Shown: positions 57,566-64,000 of the stretch, in pieces
Layout: each line of letters starts with the position of its first letter
Numbering within the stretch: position 1 is the first letter of the stretch
Source: a virus
Length of the DNA stretch: 64,000 nucleotides
Direction: 5' to 3' (one strand)
Virus record (IMG/VR): IMGVR_UViG_3300033571_015173
Span: 1 to 64,000 of that record
Made by a program: the position numbers and the translations under genes
The notes under the pieces: generated by a model
What the model saw: only the letters and a program-made list of their open reading frames with translations
Databases searched by the model: none
What the model was told of the DNA's origin: nothing

Positions 57566-57895
57566 ATGGATTTAGAAGTTGGTACTCCCGTCTTAGTTGC
57601 AGGAGAGACTTGGTTTGCCGGAAGGAAGTATACAATGCTGGGCTTCATTGTTGCTTTCCTTCCTAAGGGTTCATCACCCTCTGAGATTTATCCTGCTTGT
57701 GACTGTCTTGCCTATTCTCAGTTGAATGGTGTTCCGGTCCCAGATGATCGCTATCTGATCGAGTATAGGTGGGGGCCAGAAAGGAATGCAGGAAGCCTCA
57801 GTTACTCTGCCTTGAGGACTGATATGTTCAGGGTGCTGACACTAGAAGAAGCTAGCCAAAGAAAAGATGTTCTAGAGTATATAAAGGAGGGTTGA
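57566..57895 (+). CDS. Hypothetical protein
   Basis: GAGG RBS before ATG 57566. Confidence 0.55.
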   Translation: MDLEVGTPVLVAGETWFAGRKYTMLGFIVAFLPKGSSPSEIYPACDCLAYSQLNGVPVPDDRYLIEYRWGPERNAGSLSYSALRTDMFRVLTLEEASQRKDVLEYIKEG

Positions 57896-58116
57896 ATGAG
57901 TATTCCTTCACTACATGACTTAAGAATTATTGTCAGAAAGTCGATTGTTGATTCGGATTTTAAGCAGCCCCAGTATTATTGGGAAATCCTTACTGAAGAT
58001 GGTCGCAGCTATTCCAATGTTGGAAAGCTTGTCATCAACAAAGAAGCCTGTCTTAATAAGTCTGAATGTATTGAAGATCTGATTTCATTTTTGAATAGAT
58101 TTTTTAAGGAGGTCGA

Positions 58117-58713
58117 ATGATTCCTATTCAACGAACAAATCGAAAGTTGGATGCATGTATAGAAATTCTTCGTGAGGTGATTGATCAACTGAATATTAAT
58201 GCAATCAACTTTGAATCGAATCCCGTCCTTTCTTCCGATCCTAAATTGGGAGCTGACTATGTTCGTCATAAAATTGCTTTTTCTAATCTAGTGAAGGCTC
58301 AGTATTCGATTGACGTTGCTAAAACAGCAATAGGAAGAATGACATCATCCAAGCCCTCAACAGATGTGCTTCTGATAAACCTGGTTGAAGATTACTGGGT
58401 TGCTGTAAATGGGACCATTCTTTTCTTTTATTGCGATGAGGTTGTACCTTGCGTGAGACAAGCAGTTAAGAATGCAATCTTATTTGCAGATCCTGAAGCC
58501 GAAGTTAGGACTGGATTTCTTGATCTAGATGAATATTTTAGTAAGTGGGTCTACATACAAGATACCAGCGGAGACTATGTAGTTAAGGGAACTGATCAAA
58601 GGTTTATCACTGAATCTATGGTGGTAGAATGGCTGATTGAGGAAATGTGGCCTATGTTGATTGCTTGTATGGATCACGAGGATCCTTCATTATGGGATAA
58701 GGAGGATAGCTGA
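58117..58713 (+). CDS. Hypothetical protein
   Basis: AAGGAGG RBS. Confidence 0.65.
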   Translation: MIPIQRTNRKLDACIEILREVIDQLNINAINFESNPVLSSDPKLGADYVRHKIAFSNLVKAQYSIDVAKTAIGRMTSSKPSTDVLLINLVEDYWVAVNGTILFFYCDEVVPCVRQAVKNAILFADPEAEVRTGFLDLDEYFSKWVYIQDTSGDYVVKGTDQRFITESMVVEWLIEEMWPMLIACMDHEDPSLWDKEDS

Positions 58714-59094
58714 ATGAATGAAGATCAATATACTCAAGAGGACATCCAGAGAATGGGGTATGATCATACCGCCATGTGTTGTCATCTTACCTGGCGTCCT
58801 GCGATTGATAAGTACTGGGAAGACCTCCCCATTGGTGCCGATGTTCAATGGGAGAATCACGAGAGCCAGATTGAAGAAGTAATTAAGACGGCTGGCTATG
58901 AAAGTGAGCAAGGTGATAGAGATTTCTCCCCCTTTGAATACACAGCGAAGGAGCTTAACGATCTAGACGAGGTGGTTAGCTGGGACCCTTGGGAAGCATT
59001 TAATAAGGGAGTTGCTCAAAACATTGACGAATGGTGGGAAGTTAATAAGGGCTACGTTGCCAATTACTGGGAGGCTAGCATCTTCTTGTCGTGA
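58714..59094 (+). CDS. Acidic hypothetical protein
   Basis: AAGGAGG RBS; D/E/W-rich. Confidence 0.65.
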   Translation: MNEDQYTQEDIQRMGYDHTAMCCHLTWRPAIDKYWEDLPIGADVQWENHESQIEEVIKTAGYESEQGDRDFSPFEYTAKELNDLDEVVSWDPWEAFNKGVAQNIDEWWEVNKGYVANYWEASIFLS

Positions 59095-59347
59095 GTTACT
59101 TTGTTGCAAAGCTGAAGTATGTTCAAGCTCCCCATTTCTATGAAGAAGAAGATCGTCCAACTGGTCAGACTGAGTGGGTTGCAATCTATCAGTATGGCTA
59201 TCATCCTCGCGCAATAGATGCAATGAGGGTTTGCCTTGCAGATATGGACCCAGACTTAGCCGATATTCCTGATAAAAATGTCAGAAAGCATTGGCCATCC
59301 TTTAGAAGGAGATTTGGCTTTAAGATCTGCCGAACCCAGGACTGATC

Positions 59348-59589
59348 CTTGTCATGACTTTTTTTGACTTTGATTGGCTGAAACCCTTACCCTGCAATGA
59401 CTTTACTGACTGTTGAGACTTTTTGACTCCTGGGCAACCTCCTGATTCCTTAACCCCACCTAATAGTCTAGACTCTATGGTTTTCATAGAGGTGAGTCTA
59501 TGAACGAGGAGTAGTGATCTGCAGGGGTGCCCGTGGACTGAGAAAGTCATGGAAGTCCTTCAAGTCATTGCAGGACGGGGGTTTCAGCC
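59348..59589. repeat. Second origin-like element: 28-bp inverted repeats (59376-59403 / 59562-59589, 24/28 match) with TGACTT iterons
   Basis: GGCTGAAACCC....CCTGCAATGACTT on both strands; same motif as at 13.9-14.2 kb. Confidence 0.7.
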
Positions 59590-59617
59590 CGACACACTCA
59601 TAACTGGAGCGTTGAAA

Positions 59618-59866
59618 ATGGAACCCCGAGTTTTTGGAACTCTTTTGACTACTGATGTTGAATTCCTACAAGGGCTGTTAAGTGTTCTCAGATCGAAATG
59701 TCAGGAAGACATAAAGAAGCTTGATGAAACTAAGAAGGTACATTCTGGCTTTAGAGAGGGAGAGTTTGATACCAGGGCTATGGATGCTCTTGAGAAAACC
59801 TACTTTGAACAGTTGGCCCAGATTCAAAGGATTCGAGAAGATCTTGGAGGGATGGTATCTTATTAG
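59618..59866 (+). CDS. Hypothetical protein
   Basis: GGAG RBS before ATG 59618. Confidence 0.5.
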   Translation: MEPRVFGTLLTTDVEFLQGLLSVLRSKCQEDIKKLDETKKVHSGFREGEFDTRAMDALEKTYFEQLAQIQRIREDLGGMVSY

Positions 59867-59987
59867 CTCCTCATTTTCGATCCACGGGCTTGTACCTACG
59901 GTGTATAATCAAGAGGTGACTCAATCACAATCCGGGTATGCCCTTAGAGCTTGATCTTTAAGGGCATTTCTTACTTTAGGGGTAACT

Positions 59988-60476
59988 ATGGACAGAAAGA
60001 TTCAAGTTGCAATTTGCAAACAAAGCAAGCGAAAAACACACGAACAGTACCTTGCAGTGAAATTTGATAGGGTTATTCCCTTCAAGGACTGGTGGAAGCT
60101 TGACCTAAAAACTAAGGTTGATTATCTCTCTTTTCTCTTTGCTTATAAAAGAGGGGTAATAGAAGATAGCTATCGCACCAACATTGACATTGGATATGAT
60201 GTTATTGATTTCAGTGAGCTAGGGCTCGATGAAGCAATTGTAGAGGCGATGGTTACATTTCTAAGCTGTACTGGGAAGAAGCCTACCATCTTATTCGTGG
60301 GACGGGAAGATGCTGCAAGAATATGGCAAATCCAATCAGAACAGTTTGCCATGAAAGGTCAAATTCATCTTCTAATAAATGGCAGGCCAGAGCTATTCGG
60401 GATGGAGGTTCACGTTATTCCTTGGATGCAAGGGATATTTCCTTGTCATCCTGATATGTTAGATCGGAAATACTAA
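59988..60476 (+). CDS. Hypothetical protein
   Basis: 162-aa ORF. Confidence 0.6.
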   Translation: MDRKIQVAICKQSKRKTHEQYLAVKFDRVIPFKDWWKLDLKTKVDYLSFLFAYKRGVIEDSYRTNIDIGYDVIDFSELGLDEAIVEAMVTFLSCTGKKPTILFVGREDAARIWQIQSEQFAMKGQIHLLINGRPELFGMEVHVIPWMQGIFPCHPDMLDRKY

Positions 60477-60576
60477 GAGGCTTGATTTCACTCCCGCATA
60501 ACTAAAGAGGCCCGTCGTGGGGGTGTGGAGACAGGGTTGAATGCGGTTTGAATGTTGTCTTTTTCTGGATGTGATT

Positions 60577-61185
60577 ATGCCACTTTATCACGGTACTGTT
60601 CTTTCAAGATTGCCCTCCATACTTAAAGACGGGTTTCAGCCTACCTACCTGAACTATAATCATACTGTCTGGCATTCCTCCACTGACTTCTATGTGTGGA
60701 ATTCTAAGCTGATAAGGAAGGAGGATATTGCAACTAACGCAGAAGAGGCGGCCCTGGAATTGGCTGCAGAGTCTGCTAGTTTTCATTTACCTAACTGTCC
60801 ACTAATTAGAAGGATCATTTTTGAGATTGAACTAACTAAGGAGCTCAGAAGAAAGATCAAACGGGATGAATCGGATCCCTGTATGCTTCGGACTGGAGCT
60901 ATGGAGATCGATACTGTAGTTCCAGCTTCGTGTATTAAGACAGCCTATGTTGATAAGGTGGACTTGCGCTTTTTTACAGCATACTATGCGCACTTGCTCG
61001 CCAGTAGAAAGAATACTCGTGTGGATTTCGGATTTCCAGATTCAGAGATGATTGATGCTATGAGGGATGCTTTTCCTGAAGTCCACTGGTTTGAAGATTT
61101 CTACTGGAATGATTGGGATTTAGAGGGGCTGCAAATTTTATCGAGAAGAGTAGAAGTAGCATTAACAGCATTAGAAAGGATCTAA
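60577..61185 (+). CDS. ADP-ribosyltransferase-fold protein (tentative)
   Basis: N-terminal LYHGT....LPSILKDGFQP and IIFEIE strand. Confidence 0.5.
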   Translation: MPLYHGTVLSRLPSILKDGFQPTYLNYNHTVWHSSTDFYVWNSKLIRKEDIATNAEEAALELAAESASFHLPNCPLIRRIIFEIELTKELRRKIKRDESDPCMLRTGAMEIDTVVPASCIKTAYVDKVDLRFFTAYYAHLLASRKNTRVDFGFPDSEMIDAMRDAFPEVHWFEDFYWNDWDLEGLQILSRRVEVALTALERI

Positions 61186-61337
61186 ACAATGAACAATTTC
61201 AGCTGGTTTCTAACATTACTTGCGGGCTCTTTTGTTGGCATTTATGTAAAGACGGTCTTTCCTCTCGAACTTCAAGTGCAAAGTCCGGTAGCGGTTGTTG
61301 TTATTGGATTCTTTGTTTGGATTACCTGGTTGCTGCG

Positions 61338-61793
61338 ATGAGCGAAGTAGAAAGAGGGGCACTAGAAATAGCGAAAGCTTTTTCGGGTAGTATTGTGTTT
61401 GACAAGAAGGAGGGGATGGATACAGCTCTGGCCTTACTAGAGGAGCTGATCATGAACTTCAATCAACCTCCAGAAGCCTCAGTTAAAAGAGGTCGGAAAA
61501 CTAAAGATGTTATTGCGGAATGGAGAAGCTTTTCAGCTGAGTTTGTAGAGTCTGGTGGCTTTGTAGAGGATTTGACTTTGAAGGCTATCTGGGTCGCTAG
61601 ATATTGGAATCATAAGTGGATTGGAATCTACCTGGTTGGAGGAATTACTATCCTCGCTAACCAATATTCTCTGCATCTTCTTCCAGTTGCTAGCACAGCA
61701 TTACAAAGTAAAACCCCGGTTGTTATTTCTTTGAATAATGCAATGTTCAGAAGTCTTGTTCTGACTAGATACAATCCAAAATGGAAGGACTAA
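61338..61793 (+). CDS. Hypothetical protein
   Basis: Likely start MSEVERG. Confidence 0.5.
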   Translation: MSEVERGALEIAKAFSGSIVFDKKEGMDTALALLEELIMNFNQPPEASVKRGRKTKDVIAEWRSFSAEFVESGGFVEDLTLKAIWVARYWNHKWIGIYLVGGITILANQYSLHLLPVASTALQSKTPVVISLNNAMFRSLVLTRYNPKWKD

Positions 61794-61794
61794 C

Positions 61795-62205
61795 ATGGGT
61801 AAGAATACTGGATACAACCGTCATCAAACAGTTCAGAACTTGACCTTGGATTTGATTGCAAGATGCAAGGCTTTTCACTGGTCTAGTAAGAGGCTCAACT
61901 CCGAGTGGAACAATCTTAGAGGGGGTGAGCTATTCTCAAAGATGACTGGCTATTATCGATGGCACATCACAGGCTTTTATGAGGCCGCTAGAAAATTTGG
62001 TATTGATCCTCTCATTGCCTGGGGCCATTGGATTGATGGCGTATTTGTTGAGAAGGGGACAACAGAACAGACGGTGAGAATCATTAAGGAAGGGATCCCC
62101 TGTGTTGCAGTCTGGAGGGATGATCCTACCAAACCCTGGTGGCCGACTGATGAAGAGACTAAGCAAATGATTGCTGATACACTTTATGGAGATAAGAAAT
62201 TATGA
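61795..62205 (+). CDS. Hypothetical protein
   Basis: ORF in operon. Confidence 0.6.
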   Translation: MGKNTGYNRHQTVQNLTLDLIARCKAFHWSSKRLNSEWNNLRGGELFSKMTGYYRWHITGFYEAARKFGIDPLIAWGHWIDGVFVEKGTTEQTVRIIKEGIPCVAVWRDDPTKPWWPTDEETKQMIADTLYGDKKL

Positions 62206-62558
62206 GAAGTTTCATTCTAGCATTAGCGATTGCTCTAGGATTTGCAGCTCCATCTTTAGCTGAATTTCGATTCGTTCAAGAGCTCCCAGACGGAGCAAGC
62301 GTGTATTATGATGACGAGAATATTGAGTATAGCCGACAAAAGAGCATGGTAAGTTTCTCACTTGTAAGAGTGGACATGAAAGATATTGGGATTGTTCGAG
62401 TGGAGGCTCTTTGCAATACGAATAAAGCCAGAATTCTAGCAATACTCCATTACGATCCAATAACCGAAAAGTTTGATCCAGTTGGTGGTGCAACTAGATA
62501 TTTTGTCCCAATTTCAAAAACTCCAATCGATAAAGTTCGTCGTCTTCTTTGCAAGTAA
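62202..62558 (+). CDS. Secreted protein (surface-adhesin-E-like pattern)
   Basis: Signal peptide ending APSLA; two Cys. Confidence 0.55.
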   Translation: MRSFILALAIALGFAAPSLAEFRFVQELPDGASVYYDDENIEYSRQKSMVSFSLVRVDMKDIGIVRVEALCNTNKARILAILHYDPITEKFDPVGGATRYFVPISKTPIDKVRRLLCK

Positions 62559-63079
62559 TGGGCAAAAAAAGAAAAGAACCTGAAGTAACAAAGTTTTCAC
62601 TCCCTAATGGGGAGACTGTGCGAGGTGGTGACGCAGTAGATGTGCTATTTACTAAGTCGGTTTATATTGCAGCATCTACTGCTGATCCACCTGCATTTTC
62701 AAGCGATAAGATTAAGGTGGTGCAAGCCTGGATTATGGGCTATTATGTTTTCGACTTCTATTATTTCACTCCAATGGGTGAGCAGAAGATTAAGAACCTG
62801 CCCGAACATCTAAAGAATCAATTCCATAATCCAGCGTTGATCCCCCTCTATAGGAAGTGGAAAACACGACTCATGCCAGAGGGTCGCAATCTTTATGATT
62901 CTAGACCTATCGCTTTTAAGAAAGAAGAGGTTAGGAAGCATCGCAAGGATGGTGATGCTATTACCTTTGAGGACTTCTATCTAGTTAGTCATGGTCAGGC
63001 TGATATTAAGTTTGCTGGCTATGAATCAAAAACTGAGGACTGGGACAAACATTCGTACTATGAGGAGAGATCACGATGA
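62549..63079 (+). CDS. Hypothetical protein
   Basis: ORF in operon. Confidence 0.6.
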   Translation: MQVMGKKRKEPEVTKFSLPNGETVRGGDAVDVLFTKSVYIAASTADPPAFSSDKIKVVQAWIMGYYVFDFYYFTPMGEQKIKNLPEHLKNQFHNPALIPLYRKWKTRLMPEGRNLYDSRPIAFKKEEVRKHRKDGDAITFEDFYLVSHGQADIKFAGYESKTEDWDKHSYYEERSR

Positions 63080-63990
63080 GTATTGAGGGCAACATGATAA
63101 CGGCAAGGTTCCTTCCTCTTGCAGATTCTGAACCAATTGCAATCACAAGAGCAATCCTGCAAGAGAAGTATCTTCCTAGAGTTGGCACTTACTTAGAGTT
63201 TGATTGTTGGGATCTTAATTTAGCAACCTCCATTCAACCAAGATGCTGGTATCTGAATTTTGACAATGTGGATCTCATGTATCTGTATGAGCTCATTGTC
63301 ATGAATGATAGCTGGGAAGATTATTTGATCTCTTACTATCATCCAGGATCTTTCTCAAAGAGAGGCTATCTTGAACTCAGGGACAAATTTAATAGCTCTC
63401 CGAGCTACACTCATCATGCGTCTGGGCAGGGAAAGAAGATAAGTGAAATGAGAGATAGGAGTGCAATGTTTTACTATTTGGCAAGACTTTGCTATCAGCA
63501 TCGTCCCAGATACAGTCGAAAGAAAGAGTTCAATGCTGCCTACCGATCAATGACTTCTCCTCTTCCATCTGAACTTCAAGATTGTATCCCCTCAATTCAA
63601 GCGTTCCGCAAGTGGTTTGATCCAGCTATGGAGAGAGTTCTTTTTAGCAAGTATGACTTTGATAGCTTTCTTTCTGCTTATCATCAGGCTGACAGTCAGC
63701 GATTATCGTCACTGTGGGGTGGAAAACCAGGTAAAGGAGATGTCGTCAAAATTAAAGTTTCCCCCTTTGAAATGCAATTCATAAGGAAGAAGCTCGATCC
63801 GTTGATTAAGGATGGTGCAACTATTGTTCTTACGACTTCAATAACGAATGGTAGTAATGATTATCCAACCTATCAGCAAGCGCTGTCTCTTTTGGAGAAG
63901 GAAGGGGACTCAATAAAGGTTGAGTGCTTTCAAATGAGAAAGAAATACACGTTGTTAGCAGTCTACAATCCATGTACGGAACCATCCTGA
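63076..63990 (+). CDS. Hypothetical protein
   Basis: GAGGAG RBS, ATGA overlap. Confidence 0.65.
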   Translation: MSIEGNMITARFLPLADSEPIAITRAILQEKYLPRVGTYLEFDCWDLNLATSIQPRCWYLNFDNVDLMYLYELIVMNDSWEDYLISYYHPGSFSKRGYLELRDKFNSSPSYTHHASGQGKKISEMRDRSAMFYYLARLCYQHRPRYSRKKEFNAAYRSMTSPLPSELQDCIPSIQAFRKWFDPAMERVLFSKYDFDSFLSAYHQADSQRLSSLWGGKPGKGDVVKIKVSPFEMQFIRKKLDPLIKDGATIVLTTSITNGSNDYPTYQQALSLLEKEGDSIKVECFQMRKKYTLLAVYNPCTEPS

Positions 63991-64000
63991 AAATTGTTCA

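Overview
A 64-kb segment of a large tailed-phage genome. A cyanobacterial host is inferred from the gene families present. Layout: (1) 1-10.9 kb, minus-strand late/virion block with terminase large subunit and many Gly/Ala/Gln-rich small proteins that share a GRIAG peptide motif. (2) 11-15.3 kb, Dps/ferritin-like and HTH genes around a non-coding inverted-repeat, origin-like element. (3) 15.6-30.4 kb, an early/host-takeover-like region of small plus-strand genes punctuated by a strictly spaced CCGATCC-N9-TAACTTCG motif that often sits in hairpins; it includes a Csx3/Crn3 ring nuclease, two NADAR-like proteins, DUF4326, SLOG, SSB and ASCH genes. (4) 30.6-39.8 kb, FHA protein, HNH-like genes, an FtsK/membrane/lysozyme-like module and a MazG-like gene. 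(5) A 1585-aa orphan. (6) 45.9-57.5 kb, recombination/replication genes (Gp157, DUF932, PD-(D/E)XK nuclease, primase-SF3 helicase). The most striking feature is at 46475-49325: 16 tandem, hypervariable copies of the C-terminal DGR-variable-region-type segment of the FGE-sulfatase/C-type-lectin fold (RGGSW-x6-CRSAxR-x12-GFRIV), encoded as translationally coupled mini-ORFs. They precede a single FGE core gene that lacks that segment at its C-terminus and carries the last module at its N-terminus. This looks like a split or circularly permuted ligand-binding repertoire, and no reverse transcriptase is present in the window. All family assignments come from motif recognition by eye, not database searches.
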